A DNA stretch of 63,397 nucleotides, filler included, from Octopus bimaculoides (GCF_001194135.2; 4 parts of 4 records of this genome joined end to end with filler, not necessarily neighbours in it), one strand, 5' to 3'; counted from the first letter of the whole stretch, positions 37,027 to 49,290 are shown. Numbers and translations: made by a program. The notes: generated by a model from the letters alone, not told the origin.

Positions 37027-37166
37027 CATAAGGATATCGCTGTTCATCTATCGCCTACGTCGATTCCTCTGATGTGCTATTTTGCATTTATAATAAAAAG
37101 TATATATACAAATTATGAAAATATTTTTTTTAAATATACAGTATTATTTCTACTATATATAAATGG

Positions 37167-37208
<42 letters not shown>

Positions 37209-37619
37209 GTTTGACAGGAAGATATTGGGAGTAACTGCGAAGGTTTGGCTTCTTCGACCTCATGAGATGGGACGGTTAATAGTCTGATGATGGCGACTAA
37301 TTAGAAATCAAGAAATCACTGTCCACATTTTACGTGTAGAAAAATGAATAATCTACTATAAGGTATTGAGTAAACCATCAGTTTAGTGCAAAATTCTTCG
37401 TATATACAACACGCATAGAAAAGTATTATACACACATGTGTATATCTATGTCTCTCTCTCTCTATATATATATATATGTATATGTAAGAATGTGCATGTG
37501 TGTGTGTATGTATATATATGCACACACACACACACACATATATATCTATATATACGGATTTGACAGGATGAAATCGGGTGTGCCTTCGAAGTTTCCACTT
37601 GCTCGACAACATGAGACAC

Positions 37620-37790
37620 CAGTCTCATGACAGTGTGGCTTTTGGGGAAGAAGCTTGCTTCCCATCCACATGGTTCCAGGTTCGGTCCCACTGCGTAGCA
37701 CCTTGGGAAAACATCAACTATAGCCGCGGCCAACCAAAGCCTTGTGAGTGGATATGGTTGACAGAAACTTATAGAAGTCCGTTGGATATA
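37620..37790 (+). mobile_element. tRNA-derived SINE head
   Basis: AGAAGCTTGCTTCCCATCCACATGGTTCCAGGTTCGGTCCCACTGCG. Confidence 0.75.
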
Positions 37791-38139
37791 TGTGTGTGTG
37801 CTTGTGTCTGTGTGTCTGTGTGTATTGCGTGTGTGTGTGTGTGTGCGTGTGTGTAAGTAAATATATATAAATTTATCATCGGTTGCATATACATAGCCTA
37901 TGTGTTTTGTTCATACTCCAAATTTGCTGTAGACAGCGTCCAGAATAAGCTCCCTGCATGACGCCGAGTGTTAAGGAACATTTGAATATCACATACCAAG
38001 CGAGACGACAAGACCGAGATTGGTTGATACGGATATTCCTCCATTTTTTTTTTCGTATCCTGCAGCAAATTGAACGTATAAACAAAGCACATATACTAGA
38101 GTTGCTTCAAATTCTAAATTTAATATAGGTTTGTGTATA

Positions 38140-39290
38140 CTAGGTTGTCCAGAAAGTTCTGAGCGTTTTTAAGCTAATTCTTTTAATGCTTCGTTAAACA
38201 CACCTGAGACATAACACAAAACTTTGGCGCTGCTAGAAATGGTAGTGTATCTCTTCTGTGTTTTTTGACTAAAAATAGATTTATCTTTCTTTCCAATTAC
38301 CCTTCATTGACATTTGAAATGGATAACCAAAAATTTCATATTTGCGCTGTAATGCTTTTTTTTTTTAAAAAAAAAGGGAGTAAATGCTGCCAGGCCTTGC
38401 AAAATCATTTGAGATGCTGTATGTGAATCGACTACTACTGGTTTGCAAAATCTAAAGCTGGAGAGTTTAGCTTGGAAGATGACAATCGCAGTGGAAGACT
38501 GTTTTGTAGGCAAAAATTAAAGAAAACTCAAATATCACTAGAGAACTTGCAGAGGAGTTGGAAGTTTCTAAAAGTACGGCTCATGAACACCTCGTGAAGC
38601 TAGGATATATTTCTCGCTTTAATGCATGGGTCTCTCACAAACTCTGAGAAAAGTATTGCTTGGACCGGTATTCCGTTTGTGATATGCTTTTGAAACAAGC
38701 CTTTTTTTAAACAACTTGTGACTGGAGATGAAAAATGGATTGTGTACGTAAACGTAGAGTGAAAAAGATTCTGGGGTTTGTGTAAGGATCCCCCCAAAAC
38801 AGGAACCAAAGACGAATATCTGAGCCAAAAAGTTATGCCTTGCGTTTGGTGGGATCATAAAGGCATTATTTTGTCATGAATTTCTCCTACAAAACCAGAC
38901 CATTGGTTCTGATGGGTACTGTCGTCAGTTGGATAATTTGAAACAAGAATCAAAGAATTGAGGTCGGAGATTGCCAGTGTTCCAACAAGACGACGCCCGA
39001 CCACATGTGTCTTTGGGTACTTGAACAAAGTTATACGAACTTAGCTGGAATCTCTTACCCCATCCTCCATATTCCCCTGATATTGCCCCATCCGACTTCC
39101 ACTTGTTTTTGTCTCTACAGAAATCATTGCAAAGGAAAACATTTAATGTTGTAGACTGAGTCAAAATGCATCTAGATAACTTTTTTCTTCAAAACCAGTC
39201 AAATTTTATGCTAATGCAATATTTAAATTGTCCGATAGATAGGCAAAGATAATTAATAATAATGGAAATTATTTCATTGAATAAAATTTA
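38140..39290 (+). mobile_element. mariner (DD34D) element, near full length, decayed
   Basis: KQLVTGDEKWIVY, CVWWDHKGII, HPPYSPDIAPSDFHLF. Starts TA-CTAGGTTGTCCAGAAAGTT. Confidence 0.9.
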
Positions 39291-39420
39291 TTCAAAGATC
39301 AATATAGATAGAAAGATACATACATACATTAAATTATACTATGTGCAAATTATGTATATACATATATAGATACTTGCATATGCATATATATGTATACACA
39401 CACACACACACACACACACT

Positions 39421-39483
<63 letters not shown>

Positions 39484-39562
39484 AGCTTTAATAAAAGCAT
39501 ATTGAGCTACATTCGGTATTCGGGTATTATTTTTCCACTTTGTCTTGCATTTACGTTCTCTC

Positions 39563-39606
<44 letters not shown>

Positions 39607-39768
39607 NNNNNNNNNNNNNNNNNNNNNNNNNNNNNNNNNNNNNNNNNNNNNNNNNNNNNNNNNNNNNNNNNNNNNNNNNNNNNNNNNNNNNNNNNNNNNN
39701 NNNNNNNNNNNNNNNNNNNNNNNNNNNNNNNNNNNNNNNNNNNNNNNNNNNNNNNNNNNNNNNNNNNN

Positions 39769-39826
<58 letters not shown>

Positions 39827-39959
39827 ATATATAAGTTTATGAATTTGTGCTGCAAGATTCCTGGTGTCAAGCCGTGTGTTGAAACAGATATTGTAGTATT
39901 TTGGGATGGTCATTTCTTTTCCTTTTACCAAATAAACACATGCACTATATATTCGTTCT

Positions 39960-40345
39960 TCACTCATTTTTTAAATTGTTCTTATTCTAACTCATGCCCA
40001 TTGTCCGGAAATCTCTCCTCATACATCCGTAACCTCTTCAGTAACATTTTCCATCCTCGTGTACGCTCTTGGAACAAGAGCATACACGAGGACGGAAAGT
40101 ACGAATATATAGTGCATGTGTTTATTTTGAAAAAAAAAACAATGACCATATACAAGAATATGTATATATATAACATCAAAAAATACCTTAGGAATGAGAA
40201 CCCAGGTTCGAAATTTTCCCAAGACACCTGATGAAGATTGGAGGGTATATCAGCCGAAACGATGTGTTAACAACAAACAAGATGACAAATATCCGTCAAA
40301 TGTAAATAATGTAATGTACATAATTCCCCATCTCTTAAATATAGA
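39960..40345 (+). mobile_element. Non-autonomous hammerhead-bearing repeat with an internal long hairpin
   Basis: GACAC-CTGATGA (40228-40234)-AGATTG..CAGCC-GAAAC (40256-40260)-GAT-GTGTT. Hairpin at 40049-40097. Boundaries approximate. Confidence 0.7.
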
Positions 40346-40702
40346 ACTGTATTACTATTTACTTCTCTAAGGATTGTACTCGATAAATTACGAAAATAAC
40401 TCTGACAGATCAAATACTAAGAAATAAGTATACTCCATTTGATTTATACCAAATAATATAGGAAAATGATTAGGTTATTTCCCTTGTCTGTTAAAATAAA
40501 ATATAATAGTTATATATAAGAATCCTTACTAGGGGCTCTAATATCGTATTTTCAACAATCTGAGTATGCCATGAGGTTTCCAGACATGAGTTCTACTCAT
40601 GTGTCAAATTTCATCAAAATCGATAAAATGTTGTAGGAGGGGTTAGCTAACAACTCCGCAAACAAACACACCCACAGACAGAATTTCGCACCTATCTGGA
40701 AG

Positions 40703-40765
<63 letters not shown>

Positions 40766-40767
<2 letters not shown>

Positions 40768-42199
40768 GGGGTTGGACAAAATAATGGAAAAACCTAGCAT
40801 CATAACATCATAATTTTGAAATATCTATAAAACCGCCAAAAGCTTGTTTATTTCTATGTGTTTTTATTTTTTTGATTTATTATTAGTGTTGCTTAATATG
40901 TTTTGCTAAAATTGCTGCTTCGTTTCAGATATCATCAGAAAAAGGTATTTAAAATGGCAGATCTATTGGACTCTCAAACAGGTCAAATTGTTAGTGCTCG
41001 TATGGCAGGCGCTAGCGTAATGAAAAGAGCTGAAACGTTTGGTGTATAAAGAAGTACTGTCTCGAAAGTAATGACAGCCTTTGAGAAAGAGGGAAAAACT
41101 TCCTCGTCGAAACAAAACTCCGGAAGTAAACCAGAACTTTCAGATAGGGACCGTCGGACTCTTACGCGAATTTTTAGAAAGGATCACAAAAGTACAGCTC
41201 CCAAAATTACTGCACAGCTTAATGACTACCTCGGGAACGCAGTTTCCACGAAAACCGTTCGCCGGGAGCTGCACAAAGCCAGATTTCATTGGAGGGCTAC
41301 AATCAGAAAACCACTACTTTCAAAAACAAACGTTGCAAAGCGTTTAGAGTGAAGTAAAAACCTACAGAATGGGTGTCGGACGATTCATCCTTTACCTTNN
41401 NNNNNNNNNNNNNNNNNNNNNNNNNNNNNNNNNNNNNNNNNNNNNNNNNNNNNNNNNNNNNNNNNNNNNNNNNNNNNNNNNNNNNNNNNNNNNNNNNNNN
41501 NNNNNNNNNNNNNNNNNNNNNNNNNNNNNNNNNNNNNNNNNNNNNNNNNNNNNNNNNNNNNNNNNNNNNNNNNNNNNNNNNNNNNNNNNNNNNNNNNNNN
41601 NNNNNNNNNNNNNNNNNNNNNNNNNNNNNNNNNNNNNNNNNNNNNNNNNNNNNNNNNNNNNNNNNNNNNNNNNNNNNNNNNNNNNNNNNNNNNNNNNNNN
41701 NNNNNNNNNNNNNNNNNNNNNNNNNNNNNNNNNNNNNNNNNNNNNNNNNNNNNNNNNNNNNNNNNNNNNNNNNNNNNNNNNNNNNNNNNNNNNNNNNNNN
41801 NNNNNNNNNNNNNNNNNNNNNNNNNNNNNNNNNNNNNNNNNNNNNNNNNNNNNNNNNNNNNNNNNNNNNNNNNNNNNNNNNNNNNNNNNNNNNNNNNNNN
41901 NNNNNNNNNNNNNNNNNNNNNNNNNNNNNNNNNNNNNNNNNNNNNNNNNNNNNNNNNNNNNNNNNNNNNNNNNNNNNNNNNNNNNNNNNNNNNNNNNNNN
42001 NNNNNNNNNNNNNNNNNNNNNNNNNNNNNNNNNNNNNNNNNNNNNNNNNNNNNNNNNNNNNNNNNNNNNNNNNNNNNNNNNNNNNNNNNNNNNNNNNNNN
42101 NNNNNNNNNNNNNNNNNNNNNNNNNNNNNNNNNNNNNNNNNNNNNNNNNNNNATATTTGTTTGAAATTTTAACGTTTCCATTATTTTGTCCAACCCCTG
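40766..42199 (+). mobile_element. Tc1 element with both TIRs (centre in a gap)
   Basis: TIR (C/T)AGGGGTTGGACAAAATAATGGAAA at both ends with TA flanks. ORF 41071-41352 is a Tc1 HTH (LSDRDRRTL..VSTKTVRRELHK). Confidence 0.92.
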
Positions 42200-42218
42200 T
42201 ATATATATATATATATAT

Positions 42219-42396
42219 ATGTTTCTAGGTAAATTTCACCGCGGTAAATTCCACCACGGTATATTCCAGCATGGTAAATTCCACCCATGGACAGACTTCC
42301 AATATAAGCTGCTCCCGCTAATAATCACCGTGGTCAGTTTCTCTAGACCGTGGGTCAATACCTATGTTATTTCGTCGGTCTGTCTTTCATATCTTA

Positions 42397-42443
<47 letters not shown>

Positions 42444-42527
42444 TGAGAGAGAGAGAAAGAGTGAGAGAGAGAGAGAGAGNNNNNNNNNNAAAGAGTGAGA
42501 GAGAGAGAAAGAGTGAGAGAGAGAGAA

Positions 42528-42568
<41 letters not shown>

Positions 42569-43379
42569 GAGAGAGAGAAAATTATCTTTATATAATCTAC
42601 TTGAACTGAGATGGGATCACTTTAATGTACTCCCATCGCGTAAGAATCTATGAAAAGGGCTCATCAACAATATCAAAACTAATATAATCTGGGATAAAGA
42701 AAGATAAGATTAAATTTTAGCACACATAGGATAAAAATATAACAGCGAGTACATTGCGAAGCAGAGTTAGGATCAGAAAGTTTAATTTATTCCTTTAAGA
42801 AATTATTTTAAAATTTCTTAAGATAAATTGTGTGTACTATTTCTTAAAAATTGCGGAGGGTTTTCATTTTGATATTCCTGAACTAACTCCTTCAGCCGTG
42901 CATCAATAATTTGATAGGTCTTTTTTTTTTAGTCTCCACGTCGAATGTGTGCAATGTTTATGTGGCTTAATCCTTCCTCAGCTTTGAGGCCAGTGCATAG
43001 TTTCCACAAATTTGGATGTGTGGATGTTAGTGATGAGCGCAAATCATTGTGGAACCCTTCTAAAGAATTATTTGATCTTAGCAAGTCATTTAAGAAGCGA
43101 TCACGTACATTCCAGAGTTGTCTAAAATAATGTTGGGTTTCTCTTCACCGATGAGGACCGCACCACCTTATAATCCCAATGTATGTAATCTCAAAATAGG
43201 GGATAAACTCAGAAGGGATGTTTTCATCATCAGACAAATCTTCAAATACTTTGACAACGTCTTCAACGTATATTTGTATTCATTGACATTATTGATATTA
43301 TTTTTATGCATTTTTTTAATTTCCATAATATCGTAACCCATATAATAATAATAAAATATTAATAACAATAATAATAATA

Positions 43380-43424
<45 letters not shown>

Positions 43425-43506
43425 AATAATAATTTCACCTGTGGTGAAATTTACCTGGTGGAATTCCGTGGTGGAATTTACTGCGATGGAATTTACCGGT
43501 CACCAT
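42219..43506 (-). mobile_element. MULE/Mutator element, internally deleted, with repeat-built inverted termini
   Basis: Minus frame LWNVRDRFLNDLLRSNNSLEGFHNDLRSSLTSTHPNLWK matches the MULE C-terminal RTNN..EGWHN motif. Arrays of GGTAAATTCCACCAC at both ends in inverted orientation. Confidence 0.8.
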
Positions 43507-43699
43507 NNNNNNNNNNNNNNNNNNNNNNNNNNNNNNNNNNNNNNNNNNNNNNNNNNNNNNNNNNNNNNNNNNNNNNNNNNNNNNNNNNNNNNNNNNNNNN
43601 NNNNNNNNNNNNNNNNNNNNTATATATATACGTACACACACGTGTATATATATATGTGTGGTGGGTTGTTGAGCCTGATTTAGTTTCTCTTTCTAATCC

Positions 43700-44550
43700 A
43701 TTGTGTTGTGATGGTGGTGGTTATTTTTCTGCTGTTTTGGCCGTTTTACCGCATCTTTTAGAACATTGTTTCACTTGGTATAGCACATTTTTATGATATG
43801 TATTAGGATTCAAACCACCAGATGGACTTGCCCAACTTCTGTTCTTATTGCATAATCTTTGTATAAGTTGCTTGCTGGATAATTATGTAGAGATAACAAC
43901 ACTAGATCTTATACCTTGAAGAAAGTGGGGGAATTACTGGTTTCTGCTTCTTCTGTAGCTTTCGTTTGTTTATGTAGTTTGTAATATTTTTGTCGTCGTT
44001 GTTATTCTAGCTGTTGGTGTAAATGGAAGCCATGAAAAGATTTCTCGTAAGGCTCTTTCTGGATATATGCAGATGAATCTCTTATCTTTCCTCTCGATGT
44101 GAGCGTTCTGTTGATTTTTTAAAGAACTTTACGCGTAACATCAATGTTTGTTTTTTAGAGCTTCCGCTTTTCTTCTCTCCCATAAACTAGAATGCCTTAG
44201 AGTGGTTTGCTTCCCAACGTATCTAACTCTTTAGTATTTTCTGCGCTACTGTCACTCATATACGTTCGTTGTGTTGGAACTGGAAGTGTCTCATGATGTC
44301 CACTACGTCTGACACTCTAGCTTGGTCCTCTAGCTTCGAGTAGCTCGTCAGATACCAATATTTTCTCTCTCGACCCCGTTTCTTCAGGTTTGATGAAATA
44401 AGGATAAACTCGTTTGATAACCGTGTGATAGTAGCCACAGAAAAGTGTTCTCTCTTGCCCTCACAGACTGCATTGTCAATCTTATGTTTGTTGCATCTTG
44501 TTATATACCCTACTTTAAGCCTCACTTCCTGCAGCAATTATCTACTTCTG
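43700..44550 (-). mobile_element. Probable Ty3/gypsy integrase remnant
   Basis: Broken frames (KILVSD, FKV*DLVL..NYP, LNPNTY) resemble an integrase core and GPY/F region, by eye only. Confidence 0.4.
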
Positions 44551-44719
44551 CTGGAGCGGAGAGCTAGCTTTTTTTCCCTTTTATATTTATACACTTGTCG
44601 ACAATATCCTTTATTTAAGCTGGGAAAGTTGCTTTATAACTCAACAATAGGAGTTTTCATTTGTTTAATGACACATTAATTCATTTTAACATTTTTTTCG
44701 ATTGAGTTATTGTTTAATC

Positions 44720-46297
44720 CATTCACTGCAGGTTATCACAACAATCGAAGTTGTTTTCATTACTGAACATTTCGTTACTGAACATTCGTCATCACAGATA
44801 AACTACATGGTTTGGAATCGATGAAAAATACAACCACTGGTCAGAACTAGTTTGAATGTGTTGTCGATTGTGTGGAGAAAAGTGTCCTGTCATGGAATAG
44901 AATGGCATGCATTCCAGCAGATGGGGCCAGAGCATTTACCGGAAAAAATGCGGGTATGATGAAACTTTTAGAGAACAAGTTAAAAGCAGAACGGCCAGAC
45001 AGTGATATCTTGTCTTTTCATTGCATTTTGCAACAGGAAAACTTCTGTAAAGCTGCATTGGACCTAAAGGATGTGGTGGATCCTGTAGTGAGCGTAGGGA
45101 ACTCAGTCAGAGTAGGGACGCTCTATCATAGACAATTTAAATCTCTGCTTGATGATATGGATGCTGAGTATGGAGATGGGATTTACCACAACAGTATTCG
45201 GTGTTTAAGCATGTGGAAAGTGCTAAAACGTTTTTGGGAATTACAGAATGAAATCCTCCTCTTTCTGGACATGAAGGAGCTTACATGTGATTTTGTGACC
45301 AAAATGGGATGTATGGAGATATAAGATATATGGAGATATAAGATATATGGAGATGTATGAAGATATAAGATATATGGAGATGTATGGAGATATAAGATAT
45401 ATGGAGATGTATGGAGATATAAGATGATGTTTGTAACTGATATGTTTGAGAAATCAAATGTATTGAATATGACATTGTATAGAAATGGGTAGTTTCTACA
45501 TAAAATGTGAGATCATTCAAAACAAAACTAGGTCTAGTTGCAAGGCAAGCAGATAAGAGCAAGTTTTGTTATTTCCCTTTATTAAGAAAACAGAAAGTGC
45601 CTGCAAGTGTTTCTTCCAAGATTAGGGGTCATTTGCTGAGCTTGTAAGATGAAGTCACAAGAAATTTCAGGATTTTTAGAAAACTGAGCTTTGAATTTGC
45701 TATCTTATCGCTTCGCTGCTGATATTGATACAGCACCAGAGAAGATGCAGCTTGATCTAATTGACATGCAGTCAGATCACACGCTAAGGAAATGTTTGAT
45801 TCTGTGACATTGATAGGATTTTACAAATTTCTATCTACTGACAAATTTCCGTGTGTGAAGAAACTTGCTGGGGAAATATTTTCTATTTTTGAATCCACAT
45901 ACGTTTGTGAGCAAAGTTTTTCTTGCATGAAAATCAACAAGAGTAAAAATAGGTCTTCTGTGACTGACATAAACTTGCAGGCAGTGATGAGGATCTCAAC
46001 AAGCAACATCACTCCTGATTTCAAAAGAATTGTAAATAAGTGTGACAGGTTACATTTGTCGCATTAAATTACTTGTGCTGGCTGATGTGTAATTTGCACA
46101 TAAATAAATGTAATGAAACCTTTTCTGTGTACCACCATTACTTTAGTTTTATTTATTTATTATTATGTAATTTACACTTCATGTTAAATGAAATGTAATG
46201 TTAACTAATGAATATAATCAGTTATAGAAGGTGCGGTACTCCGCTAAACACGGCTCTCTTAAAGTAGCGTCTGAACCAGAATAATTGCTCATCCCTG
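44720..46297 (+). mobile_element. hAT (GTF2IRD2/SPIN-like) transposon 3' half with terminal repeat
   Basis: ORFs 44872-45324 (ADGARAFTGK..SFHCIL) and 45792-46067 (STYVCEQSFSCMKINKS, dimerisation domain). 3' TIR ..TTGCTCATCCCTG ends at 46297. Confidence 0.9.
45307..45425 (+). repeat. Minisatellite inside the hAT transposase
   Basis: Units ATGGAGATATAAGATAT (17 nt) interspersed with ATGGAGATGT (10 nt). Confidence 0.9.
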
Positions 46298-47599
46298 ATC
46301 TAAATGTAAGTTGAATAACCTAAAAGCCTAATGCGTCTCTCCACTCTACAAATTTTTTATAACTCTAGTAAGCAATATATGTATCTATAAAATACGTGTA
46401 TCTATAATATGCGCCTGTAGAATACCTTCCTGTTTAATTGTTGAAGCTGTTGTTAGTTCGATTACAATGTGCAATGTTTTCTATTTAAAAAGGTGTTAGT
46501 GATTTAAGTCGGATTTGCTGTCATTTATAGAGGGTTTGGCATACTATAATTTCTGATTCACAGAGTCGCTGTCTCTTATTTTAGCCTATTCCACCTCTAC
46601 TATCATTGTTCTTGCGCCCCAGAATTTATTGGTCTCGGGTCACCTCCACTCAAGCAGTCAAGACACAATAAAATCCTCTTTTCTATTTATCCATATTGTC
46701 TTAATAAATCATCCATCATTACACTATTTTATTCCCCCCAACAATTATAACCCTCTGGGACTGCCCATCAACACATCTATTTTCCATAACCGTCAGAATC
46801 GAACGCTAATCAAGTCGACATCGCTTGTCTCGGAAATGGTGCAATGCTCATGGGCGTAATATGTTCCTGAACAGGTTTCTCTAGAAATACATTAATATGT
46901 CTCATTTTAAGACGGTATGCTGTAATTTGAGGGAGGAAGATTTAGCCTTTATTTCTAGCAAGTTAATCAAACAGATCTTCGTCTGAAAGAAACTTGGCAT
47001 TGGAAGAATTTTCATACAGAATATTGAATTAATGGGATAAAGTCTATATGTAACTGTTCATTTTAAATACATACAAGAATATGGTATATTTATATTAAAT
47101 TTTTAAACTATTACAAATTTTCGCGAAAAGAGCTGCATGAAATAAATATATATTTCGTAGGCAATTATACACTCGCAGCCAATTATACACTCGCCTAGCA
47201 GGTTCATAGTTTGAGAATTAAGGATTTCGTCCATAGGTTAACTAACCATCTCTCAGAATATTACCATAGAGTTAATAGCTATATTTTTTACTCGACATTT
47301 CGCTGAACTGAACACGCTTCGCCTGAAATGACGACATAAAAATGAGGCCATTGCTGGTTTTCAAATCTACCAATAAGTTACGGAATGCTTTTTGTTCATT
47401 TCTATAGCCAAGTCTTACAAAGAATGATTACAATACTTGATATCCAGTTTCTGAGAGATATGACTAAAATTAAAATCGGGGTCATCACGGCATGAAAGCC
47501 TTTGAATGTTTTCTGATATTAACCTTGTTTAATGACTATACAAAAGAAGCGTATATATTTTGTGCAAAGCAAAATTGAACAGAAAAAACATGTCTTTAC

Positions 47600-47971
47600 A
47601 TTCTTTTTCTTTTATTCTTTTACTTGTTTCGGCCATTTGACTGCGGCCATGCTGGAGCACCGCCTTTAGTCGAATCAAATCGACCCCAGGACTTATTCTT
47701 TGTAAGCCTAGTACTTATTCTATCGGTCGCTTTTTGCCAAACCGCTAAGTTACGGGGACCTAAACACACCAGCATCGGTTGTCAAGCGATGGTGGGGGGA
47801 CAAACACAGATACACAACATATACACACATACATATATATATACGTATATACGACGGGCTTCTTTCAGTTTCCGTCTACCAAATCCACTCACAAGACTTT
47901 GGTCGGCCCGAGGCTACAGTAGAAGACACTTGCCCAAGATGCCACGCAGTGGGACTGAACCCGGAACCATG
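47600..47971 (-). mobile_element. tRNA-derived SINE, CpG-intact, lacking its 5' A-box end
   Basis: Same family as 7607-7990. Joined to the pseudo-exon at CATGGT. Confidence 0.85.
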
Positions 47972-48435
47972 TTACCCAACTCTGTCGTAGATACACACGT
48001 CCAAAGTAACAGAAGTGTGTATATGTTTCGAACATTAAAGATACACAGCAAGCAAATATGTGCGGTATGTTATTATTTCTCCCCAGAATATGCGTTACAG
48101 TGCCCTAACAACAAAGAGACTTCGTGCTATACATTGTGACCGTCCCAATATAGTTTCCCTGAGAATTGGTGCTGTACCACAGTATGCATGCGTCGTTTGC
48201 ATAATCGGAGCGCCGTTACAACAATCGCTAACTGATGTATCTATCGATTCCGCGCTGCAACAGCCGTTCGTTGCAGTTGTTCTTGGAAGTAATGCACCTG
48301 CGCAACAAAATTTCGCCTCGCTATCAAATTCTACATTTCCACAGCAAGCAGGGCATTTAAAGCCATTTATCGGTGAAAGTTGTGAATTGCAGCAAATGTC
48401 ACTGAAAATGTTATACAGTTAGTGATTTAAAATAT
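47966..48435 (-). pseudogene. Pseudogenised paralogous terminal exon of the galaxin-like gene
   Basis: Same phase-1 acceptor (TTTAG at 48437-48436). Collinear with 35731-35208 (ICC..PACCG..FD..AK.CC.GAL..NGCC..ID.S..CC). TAA at 48421-48419, frameshift near 48155, TAG at 48107-48105, 3' end lost. Confidence 0.88.
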
Positions 48436-48661
48436 CTAAATGCAAAAATAAAAGAATAGAATAGAATATTGATTTTGGTTAGATTTAATAATGACAAAGG
48501 AATACTGATAATGGTAGGAGTCATTCATGCATTCATGCTCAAGCGCACATTCACACAAACACACACACATACACACGCGTACAAAATCACATACATACTC
48601 ATATGTATATTATATGTGCGTATGTGTGGGTATATGTTTGTGTGTCTGTCTGTCTGAGTAT

Positions 48662-48696
<35 letters not shown>

Positions 48697-49052
48697 TGTG
48701 TAACTCGAACAAAAATTACAGAGACGATGTTTTTGCATAACTTTTTTCAAGCATACAATCATTCCGAGGAACAATTTCATCACTATACACAGTTTTGAAC
48801 ATATAAATGTAATCTCATAGAATTAATCAATCAATTAAGGAAACACATTGCCCTCCATCAGACTGACGAGAAAAGTGAAAGGTAAACTGCAAATTAATTA
48901 ATTAGTTAATTATTGAATGGATGTAAATAAATTTACTTGTACAAGTCAATGTGCATATGGACGAAATAATTTCTCACGTCTTTCGAAATGATCGCAAAGT
49001 TGAATAAAGTTATATAACATCACTATTTTTCGTCTGATTTTTGCTATAGACT

Positions 49053-49290
49053 ATGATAAATGCACCAGCCAATGCGAACATGAACTGCAAAAGTAGAAAT
49101 CTAATCTACTGCATCAAATGCCCTAATTGTGAAGAATTGTACGTTGGCCAGACAGGTAATGCACTATCGGAACGCTCACAGGTACATCGACAACAGATTA
49201 AAAACCCAGAAGTCCGCCAAATACCACTGAGTAACCATCTAGCAACATGTGGTCATCAAACTTTTATTATATTTCCATTCCATAAACTTT
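49053..49290 (+). mobile_element. PLE GIY-YIG endonuclease fragment
   Basis: NCKSRNLIYCIKCPNCEELYVGQTG..ERSQVHRQQI. Confidence 0.85.

Noticed and set aside
37997-38059. 63-nt symmetric cassette-exon candidate (CAG/GTATGT) inside the galaxin-like intron
   Set aside because: No Cys pattern or homology. Splice-like signals alone are insufficient.
46620-46800. Broken minus-strand frame (WAVPEGYNCWGE..LLRQYG) suggesting a TE protein
   Set aside because: Too short and degraded to assign to a family.
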